Positions 1 to 9,119 of a DNA stretch of 62,252 bases are shown here, piece after piece. Location of the stretch: the IMG/VR virus record IMGVR_UViG_3300036790_000814, positions 1 to 62,252 of that record. One strand, given 5' to 3'. Numbering within the stretch: the stretch's first letter is position 1; every line of letters begins with the position of its first letter. The notes under the pieces are model-generated. The model saw only the letters and a program-made list of their open reading frames with translations. It was not told the origin of the DNA and did no database searches. The translations under genes and the position numbers were made by a program. This stretch comes from a virus. Lineage: Duplodnaviria > Caudoviricetes.

Positions 1-216
1 CTAAGGGGAGGATTGGAGCGCCCTGCGCTCCTGTATCTGCGCGGCCAGGTCGTGCGTCATCCGGTCGAACTTCCGTTCCAGCTCCTTGCTAGCGATCAGG
101 GCTTCGCGCTTGTTGGTCGGGCCAGAGCTGAAATAACGCTTCTGCGCCTCCCGCATTGCCATCGCGCATGTCACCGCGTCGATCAGGGGGTCGAACAGGT
201 CATCTGCCTGGCTCAT
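1..216 (-). CDS. Hypothetical phage protein (71 aa)
   Basis: ORF coupled to the upstream gene by ATGA overlap in a leftward early operon. Confidence 0.7.
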   Translation of the reverse strand: MSQADDLFDPLIDAVTCAMAMREAQKRYFSSGPTNKREALIASKELERKFDRMTHDLAAQIQERRALQSSP

Positions 217-437
217 GCTGCCACCACGATCCGCTGCACCCGCGGCGGCTTCCGCTGTGGCTCGGCTGGGAAGGGGAGCGATCTCTGCTGCTGTGCCATC
301 TTGCCTTCCGGTGTGGCAAGATAGGCGCGGGCCATGTTGAACAGCGCATGCACCTGGTCCGGGCCAAGGCGCAGCTCGTGATGAGCATCGATTTGATATT
401 CGTATAGGTCAATGGCGGCTTCGGGGATAATTCTCAT
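213..437 (-). CDS. Hypothetical phage protein (MRIIPEAA..., 74 aa)
   Basis: ATG at 437 overlaps the stop of the upstream ORF (ATGA). Confidence 0.7.
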   Translation of the reverse strand: MRIIPEAAIDLYEYQIDAHHELRLGPDQVHALFNMARAYLATPEGKMAQQQRSLPFPAEPQRKPPRVQRIVVAA

Positions 438-898
438 GCCGCCCTTGCCTCGACCTGCTTGAAGCTTCCGGTTGATTGGTCGAAGCGCCAATCCTCGCCG
501 TCCGACCATGTGTAGTATGTGATCTCGTATTCATCGCCGATCTGATAATCGCCGTCGCGCAACCTGTCGGCCGGTTCACTTAGATCAGGCGACAATGTGT
601 CTGTATCGCCGACAACCATGACGTTGTCCGCGCCAAGCGGCATCGGCCTATCTACCAAATAGCTGTCATCGCTTAGTGTAAGGATGGCTTTGCCGTATCT
701 AGTGAGCTTACAAAATTGAACGATCTTCCCGCCATCCAGAGGGGCGGGGATACCATCGTATATGTCGGCCGGTGTGAGGGCATATGCTCCATCAGTCAGC
801 CGCATAATCCATGCGCTCGGCGTAGGCCGCGCCGGTGGGACATTCTCATCCATGTAGTCGTAGGGGAGATATCCGCCGTCGATTCCGGTTTCTCTCAT
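434..898 (-). CDS. Hypothetical protein (MRETGIDG..., 154 aa)
   Basis: ATG at 898 with G-rich RBS and ATGA coupling. Confidence 0.7.
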   Translation of the reverse strand: MRETGIDGGYLPYDYMDENVPPARPTPSAWIMRLTDGAYALTPADIYDGIPAPLDGGKIVQFCKLTRYGKAILTLSDDSYLVDRPMPLGADNVMVVGDTDTLSPDLSEPADRLRDGDYQIGDEYEITYYTWSDGEDWRFDQSTGSFKQVEARAA

Positions 899-1065
899 GC
901 ATCCCCCTGCTGCGTAGGAAGGGCATGGGCATCGCACTCGGTTCTGACGAAAGAGCCGATTAACGATGCGAACTCGCTCTCGGTGCCCCCAACGACGAGA
1001 ACAGCCAGGCATGCGTCGCGAAGGTGATCGACTGCTTTCCGTGTGATCGTGTTTGAGTCGTACAT
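895..1065 (-). CDS. Small hypothetical protein (MYDSNTIT..., 56 aa; not in the ORF track)
   Basis: Translated by hand; stop overlaps the ATG at 898; first gene of the leftward operon below the 1135 palindrome. Confidence 0.55.
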   Translation of the reverse strand: MYDSNTITRKAVDHLRDACLAVLVVGGTESEFASLIGSFVRTECDAHALPTQQGDA

Positions 1066-1133
1066 ATTGAGGCTAAGATTTAGTTAGCTAGCAAATGATA
1101 CGGCTTTCTCCTCTCGTGAGACAAGGACAAAAG

Positions 1134-1150
1134 AAGCAACATTGTTGCTT
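1134..1150. promoter_or_regulatory. Palindromic operator-like site, copy 1 (AAGCAACA-T-TGTTGCTT)
   Basis: Perfect inverted repeat, intergenic, repeated at 6482, 53798, 56175 and 59443. Confidence 0.8.
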
Positions 1151-1278
1151 TGTTTCACTGCCGTCAGTTCAGCCCCAACATCTGCCAGAGTCGCTGGTTC
1201 TGGGGGACTCGCCTTTCGGTTGCCGCAGACGTTCCGGTCACGCCATACTGCCAGCGTGGTGCGGGGAGATGGCGTACG

Positions 1279-2445
1279 ATGACCGTCAGGCTCGGCAGAA
1301 GCGGGATCCGGATGGCCTTCCTGCTGGTGATGCTGGGGGTAGGAACGGCGCAAGCCCCCGACCGCGAATTGCAGGCCGCCCAGTCTGAGAGCCTTCGGCG
1401 AGAGGTGGCCCAGGAATACGGATTCGATGCGGTGCGCCTCCGAGCCGCTGATGCACTTGTAGCGAGCGGGGATCCCCAGGCGGACGTGTATCCCGGCCTC
1501 TCACGCGCGTCGAACAAAAGCCGTACCGATGGGGAGAGCCTGACTGTTGGAGCATGGACGGGCGGCCCCAACGTATGGTTCAAGCCAGAGTATTTGATCG
1601 GCTTTGCCGGAGCCGGTAACGACTGGATCGTGACAGTGAGTTTCCTTCTGCCAACCCGAACGGCTTTTGATGCGGCGTTAGGGGCCCTGCGGGACGGTGG
1701 CTATGACCATTTGAAGGATTACCTGTCCCGGCATGCAAAGCTCTATCAATATAACCTTGACGGATATAAGATGATCGACGCGGTGGGAGAACTTGACAAT
1801 GCTGGGAGACTCCACGTTACGCGCAACGGCGTTGCTGGAACCATTGGCCTCATTCGAGGAAGCAATCCGCCAAAGCTGGTGTTAACCTTCCCGGGCGATC
1901 CGCAACACCCGGTCATTGTCCCCGCAGCGCTCGGAATCGTACCCCCCGGCATACCGCCCATAGCAGCTCCACTGCCTGCGCCGCCCCCGCCGGGCCCAAA
2001 TCCGCCGCAAATCACGGAGACCGACGCAGACGGGAAGAACCTTTACGATCATGTCGTCGTCGAAGATGGAATATCTCACGCTGTAAGCGCTTGGTTGTCA
2101 CGTCACGATGTCAGCTCAATTGTTTTCGCGATTGACCGGCATGTGATCTCGACAATTGGCTACCATGGACAAGAAATCGAGTTCGGGACCATGCACAATC
2201 CGAACCATGGAGGCGCTTTGGAGAGGTTCCTTGGGTTCAAAAGTTCCAGCGGCAGCGAGATTCGCTTTACTTTCGACACCGAGGAATCTTACGATCAGGC
2301 TCTGGCGCAGCTTCCGGGCGGTGTAAACTGGCTCGTTTCATATTTGAATGATGGCGTCCTTCACCATCAATGGGGCGTTCACCTTGCCCTACGAAGGCCG
2401 ACCGCAAACGGGCCGGATGCGTTCATCCCGCCGGACCAACGCTGA
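1279..2445 (+). CDS. Putative exported protein with signal-like N-terminus, Pro-rich linker and an internally duplicated domain
   Basis: Hydrophobic MAFLLVMLGVGTAQA; PPPPGPNPP linker; two copies of the motif E..xGF...F..T..[FY]D.AL..L..GG...L..YL. Confidence 0.7.
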   Translation: MTVRLGRSGIRMAFLLVMLGVGTAQAPDRELQAAQSESLRREVAQEYGFDAVRLRAADALVASGDPQADVYPGLSRASNKSRTDGESLTVGAWTGGPNVWFKPEYLIGFAGAGNDWIVTVSFLLPTRTAFDAALGALRDGGYDHLKDYLSRHAKLYQYNLDGYKMIDAVGELDNAGRLHVTRNGVAGTIGLIRGSNPPKLVLTFPGDPQHPVIVPAALGIVPPGIPPIAAPLPAPPPPGPNPPQITETDADGKNLYDHVVVEDGISHAVSAWLSRHDVSSIVFAIDRHVISTIGYHGQEIEFGTMHNPNHGGALERFLGFKSSSGSEIRFTFDTEESYDQALAQLPGGVNWLVSYLNDGVLHHQWGVHLALRRPTANGPDAFIPPDQR

Positions 2446-2486
2446 AGATGCCCAGAATCTCGTTGCCAGCATTCGGACTGCATGGT

Positions 2487-3116
2487 CTAGGAATGCCCGT
2501 TCAATTCCCGCCGCGCCTGTGCGATCGCCAGATTGAGCCGGATCATGGGAGCGTCGCTGCCGCCGGCGTCGCTGTGCGCGTTCTTGGCGCGGGCACGATA
2601 GCGGCCCTCGGCCAGTAGAAGCTGATCCTCTGGCGGAAGGTCGGCGGGAAAGGGGCCGAGCTCTTCGCGCCAATCGACCGTCTGCTCCTGCGTCTGTCCG
2701 TCCGGCGGCGGAAGCTGCGCGAAGCCTGCGAAAGCCCGCTCCATCATGTAGGCACCTCCGTGGCGCTCAAGGCCGCGCAGATGCTCCACGGCCAGGGCGA
2801 GTGAACGCATGTTCTGCTCGATGTTGGTGTAGCTGTCCCGCGCCATCACCATCTGCTTGCCGCGTAGGCTGAAATAAACAGCACACCCCGGATCTCCGCC
2901 ATCCGGCCGCATGGTGGCGTAGGGCTGCCCATCGAGCCGTAGCGGTATGTTCGTGGACAAGACGACGGAACGCGCGTCGAGCCGCTGCAATTCGTCGTAC
3001 AGCGACCGGCGCGCTGCATCGAACGTCGCGCGCCGGAGCCGCGAGTTCCAGTCTCTGTTGCTTGATGGGGTGCGCGGCCAACCTTCTGGCCATCTGAGGG
3101 GATAGGCTTGGGTCAA
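2487..3116 (-). CDS. Phage J-domain (DnaJ-like) protein
   Basis: AYPLRWPEGWPRT...VVLSTNIPLRLDG N-terminal region typical of this phage family; C-terminal YRARAKNAHSDAGGS..LNLA resembles a J-domain (HPD replaced by HSD). Confidence 0.8.
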   Translation of the reverse strand: MTQAYPLRWPEGWPRTPSSNRDWNSRLRRATFDAARRSLYDELQRLDARSVVLSTNIPLRLDGQPYATMRPDGGDPGCAVYFSLRGKQMVMARDSYTNIEQNMRSLALAVEHLRGLERHGGAYMMERAFAGFAQLPPPDGQTQEQTVDWREELGPFPADLPPEDQLLLAEGRYRARAKNAHSDAGGSDAPMIRLNLAIAQARRELNGHS

Positions 3117-3556
3117 CGTTCTCTCTTGATTGGCTGCTCAAATGGCCTTGATGCAATCTTCCGCTTCCCCTTCGGCCATGGTCGAGGCGGGATCTTCTTG
3201 CGTGGGCGCCTGGTGGCAGTTGCGCGGGCGCGGATGCGCTTGATTTTCGCCCTTACACCAGCCTCTCTGGCAGACTTATCTCGATGACAACCGTCTCGGC
3301 ATCGCGTACGTAGATTTTCAACCGACCAGTTAGCCAGAATTTCAGGATATTCGCCCCTGACAAGGTGAAGAGGTAGCGCGTGATCGGCTTGCCAATCCCG
3401 ATTCCCGCACACTCGTCCGCAATCGTAACAGACACCTTTGTCTCGCGCGAACGCGGCCTTACGCTGGGCTGCGCTGGTGGACAGGACGCCGTATTGCTTC
3501 CAATCAGCGCGCCAGTTTTCGCCTTTAGGTGGTCTGCGATGTTCCAGTCCACTCAC
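3113..3556 (-). CDS. HNH endonuclease
   Basis: CxxC...DH..PL...NL...C...CH motifs. Confidence 0.8.
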   Translation of the reverse strand: MSGLEHRRPPKGENWRADWKQYGVLSTSAAQRKAAFARDKGVCYDCGRVCGNRDWQADHALPLHLVRGEYPEILANWSVENLRTRCRDGCHRDKSAREAGVRAKIKRIRARATATRRPRKKIPPRPWPKGKRKIASRPFEQPIKRER

Positions 3557-4296
3557 GCAGCCGCCGTTTCCGCCACCTTTGCTGTCTCGTCGTCAAGGCT
3601 CGACGTATCGGCCTTGCGCTCCCGCGCGGCCTCGGTCTGGTAGTCCTGCACCTCCTCGGCGACGGCGAGGCCCATGAGGGCGTCGGCTGCCCCGTCACGA
3701 TATGCCCATGATGCGGCCCGCCAGTAGCATTGGCGCTCTGGGTAGTCCGTCCATGGCCCTTGCTTCCCGAGCAATCGGGCGCGCTTGGCGTCCTCATAGG
3801 AAAAGCTGCGGACGTATGGTTCCGCTTGGTCTCTGCGCTTTAGGCTGACGGTGACTTTGTACCCCTCGGCCCATTTGCCGCTGCTGGTCTCCGTGATCTC
3901 GGTTTTAATCCACTCGACCTTTCCGCTGTTCTGGACGAGGGCCGTGGCTCCGTCGCCATAAATGCAGGCCTTGTTGTTGATGACCATGATGGTCGAAACG
4001 GCGGTCACCGGCGCGTAGCCGACCTCCGAACCCTTGCAGATTGCCAGCATGACCTTCGCCTTGGTTTCCTCAGTCGTCTTGCCCTCAAGGCTTCGCGGCA
4101 CCATCCCGGCCAGCACGAACGCTCCGGCCATCTTCCATGCCTCGTCCGTGTCGCGCGGCATGATCGCCATAACCTCGCGCTGGGCGTGAACCTGAACGGG
4201 GAGCGGGCGGGGCGCGGGCGCTATCTCTTGCTTCGGCGCTTCAACCTGCGGTGCGGCTAATTCCTTGTCGTCGTCGGACTGCAATTGGTCGGTCAT
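3553..4296 (-). CDS. recT: RecT-like single-strand annealing protein
   Basis: MVPRS..G...G.EVG..P......VIN.K..IYGD and GPW..YP.R...WRA...RD motifs; lies next to the RecE-like exonuclease. Confidence 0.85.
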   Translation of the reverse strand: MTDQLQSDDDKELAAPQVEAPKQEIAPAPRPLPVQVHAQREVMAIMPRDTDEAWKMAGAFVLAGMVPRSLEGKTTEETKAKVMLAICKGSEVGYAPVTAVSTIMVINNKACIYGDGATALVQNSGKVEWIKTEITETSSGKWAEGYKVTVSLKRRDQAEPYVRSFSYEDAKRARLLGKQGPWTDYPERQCYWRAASWAYRDGAADALMGLAVAEEVQDYQTEAARERKADTSSLDDETAKVAETAAA

Positions 4297-4982
4297 GGCT
4301 TAAATCTCCTTTTCGGTCTGTGGAGGCTATAAAATCCGTCCGAGCATGCGTCGGAACAAAACCTAGAACCGCGTTGGCGTTGATAGGTTGGCCCGGTCAG
4401 GAATCTTGTGTTGCAGGCCATGCATTCCTTCGGTGTCGGGGGTGTTGAAGTGCGCCTACGCTTCATGCATGCGTTTTTGGCCGCCCGTGCGCAAACCCTA
4501 CATGCTCGACTGATAGCCCCGGATGGCAGATTATATTTTTTGGAGTTCTGCTCAGTATATTCGTGCCCCTTTGGGCAGTGGGGGGGTGCGACGCGCGCGC
4601 CCCTGCGAATGTTCATAAGATGAGTTACCGGTTCCAAGTGAGCCGGATTGACGCATGAGCGAACGCGGCAAACGTGATCTTGTTCGGTGCCTGCCGGCAT
4701 CTCGCCTCCAAGGAGGAAAAATACCAAACGATGGGCTAATGCGGTTTTGGTCCCTTCGCCTGTTCCGACCGATCCGTAACCGTCTTCGGTTAGCGCAGCA
4801 GTCCACAACCAACAGCCTGACATTGGCTCTGGACTGATCTTGTCTTGAATGCGTTGGGGAAGATCGAATAGGGTAGGGGTAACCATAGCCAAGTCACGTT
4901 GGTTAGCGGTCAGAGCGAGTGCGGCGTTGAAGCGCCCATTCGCTCGTTCTTTATTGCATATATGGTCCGTAGTCGCAATCAT
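4293..4982 (-). CDS. Free-standing HNH homing-endonuclease-like protein
   Basis: GCWLWT..GYG...AHR...DHVCRVRSCVNPAHLEPVT..N, plus HCPKGH..RACRVC zinc module. Confidence 0.85.
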   Translation of the reverse strand: MIATTDHICNKERANGRFNAALALTANQRDLAMVTPTLFDLPQRIQDKISPEPMSGCWLWTAALTEDGYGSVGTGEGTKTALAHRLVFFLLGGEMPAGTEQDHVCRVRSCVNPAHLEPVTHLMNIRRGARVAPPHCPKGHEYTEQNSKKYNLPSGAISRACRVCARAAKNACMKRRRTSTPPTPKECMACNTRFLTGPTYQRQRGSRFCSDACSDGFYSLHRPKRRFKP

Positions 4983-5989
4983 AATTCTGTTGCGTAAACA
5001 GGCATCAGCGAGTCATCCAAGTCTTCGATTCCTGCATCATCCACCCACGGCTCCGTCTCGCCGTGTTTAGCCATATAGAATTTGAACCGGCGAATCGCCT
5101 CCTCGATTGCGACCTCGCCACATGACCAAAGGCTGCCGCGCGTGAACTTCTTGGCGCGGGCGAGGGGTGCAACGCCTTTCTGTTGAAAACAGAAATAGAA
5201 GTCGTGCGCCTCGCATTCAGTGAAAGCCAGTAGCCATTCGTCCTTGCCGGGGAAGTCGGTTGGCTTCGCCTGTGCTTGTGCCGCTTTAACGGCGCGGAGA
5301 TAGAACGCTGCCTGAATATGATATTTGCCCGATGCCATAGCGCTGTAGATCGCGCTATCGACCGGCTTGTTCATGAAGTTGCCGAACGTCTTCAGGTCGA
5401 TGATGGCGCGGGGCTTCAGGTAATCGAAGCGGCTCTTGAAACGTAAGCCGTCTTCCGTCCATATAACGGTAACCTCTGGATATCCGCCGCGAAAGCACTT
5501 GCTGATTTCTGGATGATTTTCGATCATCGCCGCCGAAATTTCGATGCTGCCGATTAGGTCGGCGGACAGGAACTCCTTGCCGTGGTGCAAGAGCTGATAG
5601 TTCGTGCGGAGCTCGTCCAGAATGGCGGCATTGGGCTGAATCTCAATAAGCTGTTCGATCAACTCGCCTTTCAGGCCCTTCGGTTTCTCCACGCCACACT
5701 TAATCAGCGCGTCCTTGATATCGTCCACGGTGCGAAGGCAGTCGTCCGGCGGCGTGAAAGTCGGCGCGTAGCTGTCGTCGAACGCAGCTTTGCCCTCAAG
5801 TATGCGCTTATGGTAGGCGCGTCCAATGAACATAGCCTCAGTGTCTTCATTGCGGCGCAGCTGGTTCATCCAGCTACGCGCCCAGAAGTCCATCGGGCTA
5901 ATCAGAAGGTTCTTGATGCCGCTGGCGCTGAGGAATGGCAGCGCGTGGTATTCGTCCGCGGCTAATCCGAAGAATAGTCCATCCTGCAT
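4979..5989 (-). CDS. RecE/exonuclease VIII-like PD-(D/E)XK nuclease (DUF3799-like)
   Basis: EYHA...LSASGIK, E...W, KSRFD, IIDLKT, YHIQAAFY motifs. Confidence 0.85.
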   Translation of the reverse strand: MQDGLFFGLAADEYHALPFLSASGIKNLLISPMDFWARSWMNQLRRNEDTEAMFIGRAYHKRILEGKAAFDDSYAPTFTPPDDCLRTVDDIKDALIKCGVEKPKGLKGELIEQLIEIQPNAAILDELRTNYQLLHHGKEFLSADLIGSIEISAAMIENHPEISKCFRGGYPEVTVIWTEDGLRFKSRFDYLKPRAIIDLKTFGNFMNKPVDSAIYSAMASGKYHIQAAFYLRAVKAAQAQAKPTDFPGKDEWLLAFTECEAHDFYFCFQQKGVAPLARAKKFTRGSLWSCGEVAIEEAIRRFKFYMAKHGETEPWVDDAGIEDLDDSLMPVYATEL

Positions 5990-6007
5990 TAACTCCCCTG
6001 TTCTGGC

Positions 6008-6226
6008 CTAATGCCGGTTGTGTGTGATGGTCTTTTTGCGTGTCGGAAGCTCTATCCCCGCGTCGGCGGGGAACGCTTCGGCTAATGTCGTCCGCGCATC
6101 ATCGGTGTTGAAGGTGATCTGCAAATTCGCCGTGCCGGTGATGGGCGTCAGGTGGATGGCGTAGCCGGTTGCGATCAGAATGAGGGCAAGAATCGCAGCG
6201 AGGGTGACTGTTGCGGTGTTGGTCAT
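6008..6226 (-). CDS. Small membrane-anchored hypothetical protein
   Basis: N-terminal hydrophobic helix; GAGGT RBS. Confidence 0.65.
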   Translation of the reverse strand: MTNTATVTLAAILALILIATGYAIHLTPITGTANLQITFNTDDARTTLAEAFPADAGIELPTRKKTITHNRH

Positions 6227-6435
6227 GGTGTTACCTCTTTCATAAGCTCCCTGATCTCATCCATGAATGGCATCAGACCGCGCAACGTGGCGATTGCTTC
6301 CCGTCGCGGATCGGCGCATTCGCCCAAGGCTATTCGCCCAAGGCTTTCCATCATCATGCGACTTGCGTCGCGGTTACATTCGCTTAAGCGTTCGAGCGTC
6401 TTTGCGCTACGTTCGAGTTGTTCGACTATATCCAT
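6223..6435 (-). CDS. Hypothetical protein (70 aa), first gene of the leftward early operon
   Basis: ORF with ATGA coupling to the next gene. Confidence 0.65.
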   Translation of the reverse strand: MDIVEQLERSAKTLERLSECNRDASRMMMESLGRIALGECADPRREAIATLRGLMPFMDEIRELMKEVTP

Positions 6436-6481
6436 GCCGCAACGGTAGTACAGGGTGTCGGGGATAATCCAGAATATTCAT

Positions 6482-6496
6482 AGCAACATTGTTGCT
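6482..6496. promoter_or_regulatory. Palindromic operator-like site, copy 2, in the divergent switch region
   Basis: AGCAACATTGTTGCT between divergent genes 6435(-) and 6583(+). Confidence 0.8.
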
Positions 6497-6522
6497 TTCT
6501 TTGGGCGCAACACAGATTGCTA

Positions 6523-6550
6523 TTGTACGTGCCTCGGCTGTATGTATAGT
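6523..6550 (+). promoter_or_regulatory. Putative sigma70-type promoter TTGTAC-N16-TATAGT
   Basis: Hexamers upstream of the HTH gene; the same -35 hexamer recurs at 12876, 16262 and 43124. Confidence 0.45.
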
Positions 6551-6582
6551 AATATTATCGCAACCATTTAAGCCGATTTCAG

Positions 6583-6846
6583 ATGACACCCAAGCAACTC
6601 GAACGCCGCTGCCTCAAGCTTTTCGGCCCGTCATGGGTTCAGGAACTGGCCTTCAATCTCGGCTATACCCCGCAAGCGATCTCGAACATGAAGCTCGGCA
6701 AGCGCCGCATCTCCCCGCTGATGATCGCCTTCCTCGAACAGCTCGAATCAGGCGCGAAGCCGATCAAGAAGCGACCGGATGGCTACTGGCGGAAGTTCAC
6801 ATGCCGGAAGGGGAGGGGGCACCGTGCAACTGGATCTGATAGATGA
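6583..6846 (+). CDS. Cro/XRE-family HTH regulator
   Basis: QELAFNLGYTPQAISNMKLGKRRI HTH; divergent position. Confidence 0.8.
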   Translation: MTPKQLERRCLKLFGPSWVQELAFNLGYTPQAISNMKLGKRRISPLMIAFLEQLESGAKPIKKRPDGYWRKFTCRKGRGHRATGSDR

Positions 6847-7159
6847 TTGGATGAGCCGCTACCCTCAACAAGCCGGAGCAAAACGTGCCGGAGCGAGTGA
6901 AGCTGCTGCCCGCCGAACCGACCGCGATTCGTGGAGGGCATGGACGCACATGGCGATCATTCGGCTGCTCGAAGGTAATCCTTCGACCGTTAAGGAAATG
7001 CTGACGCTGCTGCACCTCGCATATCCGATGGAAATGCGTGGCAGGGACATCAACAGCCTGCGTCCCCGTTTCAGCGAGCTCGTTGCCGTCAATCGAGTCA
7101 CCGACACCGATCTTCGCCGCAACGGCGAAACGGTTTGGAAGTTAACCCCCAACCATTAG
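6824..7159 (+). CDS. Hypothetical winged-helix-like phage protein
   Basis: SLRPRFSELV...V.DT..RR...VW motif; GTG start after GGAGG. Confidence 0.6.
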   Translation: MQLDLIDDWMSRYPQQAGAKRAGASEAAARRTDRDSWRAWTHMAIIRLLEGNPSTVKEMLTLLHLAYPMEMRGRDINSLRPRFSELVAVNRVTDTDLRRNGETVWKLTPNH

Positions 7160-7174
7160 TCCCCTGGTCTCAAA

Positions 7175-7501
7175 ATGGCCGAAATCCCGCGTAGAACTTT
7201 ATCCGATGGCACTCAGATCTATCCTGAGCATCGCAATCTGAAACCGAATGGTCAGCAGCAGGGATATGTTGTGCTGGCTGAGGAAGAAAGGGCCAAAGGC
7301 TTTGTGCGGCCTGTCCGTCGTTCCTACAAGCATCTGAAGTGCGGAGGCGTTACCACCATGGGGCAAACGCTGGCCGAGACATATGCGCGTGATCCTTACT
7401 TCTATAGCGGCACATTTTGCTGCGATTGCGGAAAACACTTTCCGGTCGGAGAGGATGGCGAGTTTGTTTGGGACGGAACCAACGAGAAAGTAGGTACATA
7501 A
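7175..7501 (+). CDS. Phage Zn-binding hypothetical protein
   Basis: H..CG..T.M...AETYARDP.FY..TFC..C..HFP pattern. Confidence 0.7.
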   Translation: MAEIPRRTLSDGTQIYPEHRNLKPNGQQQGYVVLAEEERAKGFVRPVRRSYKHLKCGGVTTMGQTLAETYARDPYFYSGTFCCDCGKHFPVGEDGEFVWDGTNEKVGT

Positions 7502-7755
7502 TGAAGGGCTTTGCTGACATAGCGGATTTCGACGAAGACAAGCGCATCGACATGATCGGGAACGCCACGATGAGCGGTAAGCAATCGTCCGCCGAAAAGC
7601 CTTTGATAATTGGTTTTGTCGTCGAGGATCATGCTAAGGCCGATCGCTACGTCAAAAAATTGAAAGAGAAGTTTCCAACCATTCGCATCATCGACCGCTT
7701 CGATGGCCCTGTCCAGAACACGGTGACGGTGTACGTTGGTCCACCACCACTCTAA
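7501..7755 (+). CDS. Hypothetical protein (84 aa)
   Basis: TAATG coupling with the previous gene. Confidence 0.6.
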   Translation: MKGFADIADFDEDKRIDMIGNATMSGKQSSAEKPLIIGFVVEDHAKADRYVKKLKEKFPTIRIIDRFDGPVQNTVTVYVGPPPL

Positions 7756-7774
7756 CCCCCAACCACTAATTTCC

Positions 7775-8287
7775 ATGCGTCTGGCTAAAGCTAAGCGTAT
7801 CCCGCCAAAATTCCACAGCCGCCAGCACGGCCTCATGACGGCGCAGCTTGTCGGCTGGTATCACGCAACCGACAAGACGCGCGCGGACCGGTTTTTCACC
7901 GAGGAATGGGACAACGAAGATCTCTTCCAGATCAACCTGCTCGAAACACTCTATGCCGTCATGGACAGGGATTTCGAGTGCATTCACTACCCGGCCTCCG
8001 GGCTACGGTCCAAGCGTACAGCCGCATGGATGAAACGCATCGGGGCGAGGGCAGGAGTCTTCGACCTCTGGTGCGGATGGAAAGGCGCCGGCGAAGGCTG
8101 GCTTGAACTAAAGGCCAACGACAACAAGCTCACGCCGGCGCAAAGGGAATTTGAGGCGTGGCTTGATGCCACCAACCAATTCGGCGGCATTGTTCGCTCG
8201 ATCAGCGCCGCGCTCTATCACTTGCATAAATGGGGTGCGCCGCTGCTGCCCGTATTCATACCGCTTGCTGAGGTGGGGAAGCCATGA
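7775..8287 (+). CDS. VRR-NUC domain nuclease
   Basis: H.P..G.R......MKR.G.RAGV.DL....WLELKA....LTPAQ motif. Confidence 0.8.
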   Translation: MRLAKAKRIPPKFHSRQHGLMTAQLVGWYHATDKTRADRFFTEEWDNEDLFQINLLETLYAVMDRDFECIHYPASGLRSKRTAAWMKRIGARAGVFDLWCGWKGAGEGWLELKANDNKLTPAQREFEAWLDATNQFGGIVRSISAALYHLHKWGAPLLPVFIPLAEVGKP

Positions 8288-8469
8288 ACCCCCACGTCAA
8301 AGCTATCGCACGGAAGATGTGCGAGCTGCACCAGGTCAATCCCGACGCGCGCATTCAGTGCAATAGCTGCGGTGAACCAGCGACGATCGGCAATGCATAC
8401 GAGCGGGCGGTTTGCGATGTCCTCGATGCCGCCGAGCGTCTCGGGCTGCAGTTGGTGAGGCCGGTATGA
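8284..8469 (+). CDS. Hypothetical protein (61 aa)
   Basis: ATGA-coupled ORF with CxxC. Confidence 0.55.
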   Translation: MNPHVKAIARKMCELHQVNPDARIQCNSCGEPATIGNAYERAVCDVLDAAERLGLQLVRPV

Positions 8470-8729
8470 GCGGTGCTGACGCACTCCCGCAGATTGCGGC
8501 TTCGGATCCGCCACTGGACTGCGAAGTCCTTATATTCGCCCCGGAGCTGTCGAAAGACAGATGGCTCCGGGCTGTGCGCAGCATGCGGCGCGGATGCGCG
8601 ACCGCACGTTACAAGGTGTTCGGGATCAAGGGTTATGGCCTCAGTTCTAAGTGGAATTGGCTTTATCGCGATTTCCAGCCTCAGGCATGGAAGCCAGCAA
8701 GCGAGGTGGATAATGCAAGAAGTCTTTGA
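8466..8729 (+). CDS. Hypothetical protein
   Basis: ATGA-coupled ORF in the operon. Confidence 0.55.
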   Translation: MSGADALPQIAASDPPLDCEVLIFAPELSKDRWLRAVRSMRRGCATARYKVFGIKGYGLSSKWNWLYRDFQPQAWKPASEVDNARSL

Positions 8730-8922
8730 CGCCATTCATGGGCTTGCGATCTGCGGCGTGATGCTTCTGATCTACCTGCTTCCGTTTCTGATCGCCAAGG
8801 GTCGTCGTCTCTCGAATCGTTGGTCGATCTTCCTCATCAACCTCTTCTTTGGCTGGACGCTGATTGGTTGGGTGGCATGCCTGAGCTGGGCGGTGTCAGG
8901 AACCGCCAAGGTGGAAGCATGA
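8713..8922 (+). CDS. Superinfection immunity protein (T4 Imm family)
   Basis: YLLP.LIA..R......IFLINLFFGWTLIGWV.CL.WA signature. Confidence 0.88.
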   Translation: MQEVFDAIHGLAICGVMLLIYLLPFLIAKGRRLSNRWSIFLINLFFGWTLIGWVACLSWAVSGTAKVEA

Positions 8923-9119
8923 GCGTCACCCTGACCGACGCGCAGTACGGAAGCTTCTATCGCGCGGTGATGACCGTGGCGAACGGATACCGCTGGCGCG
9001 ACGGGAAATGCAGCACCCGCATAAGCCGGACGGAGTCGGTTGATATCTGTCGCCGAGCCGCGACTGACCTCGAACTGGACTGGCAGAAGTTCAAACTGGA
9101 AGAAGGGGATAAATGCTGA
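8919..9119 (+). CDS. Hypothetical protein (66 aa)
   Basis: ATGA-coupled ORF. Confidence 0.55.
   Translation: MSVTLTDAQYGSFYRAVMTVANGYRWRDGKCSTRISRTESVDICRRAATDLELDWQKFKLEEGDKC

Noticed and set aside
6507-6521. Possible sixth operator copy GCAACACAGATTGCT
   Set aside because: Spacing is one base longer and the right arm is mismatched; at best a weak auxiliary site
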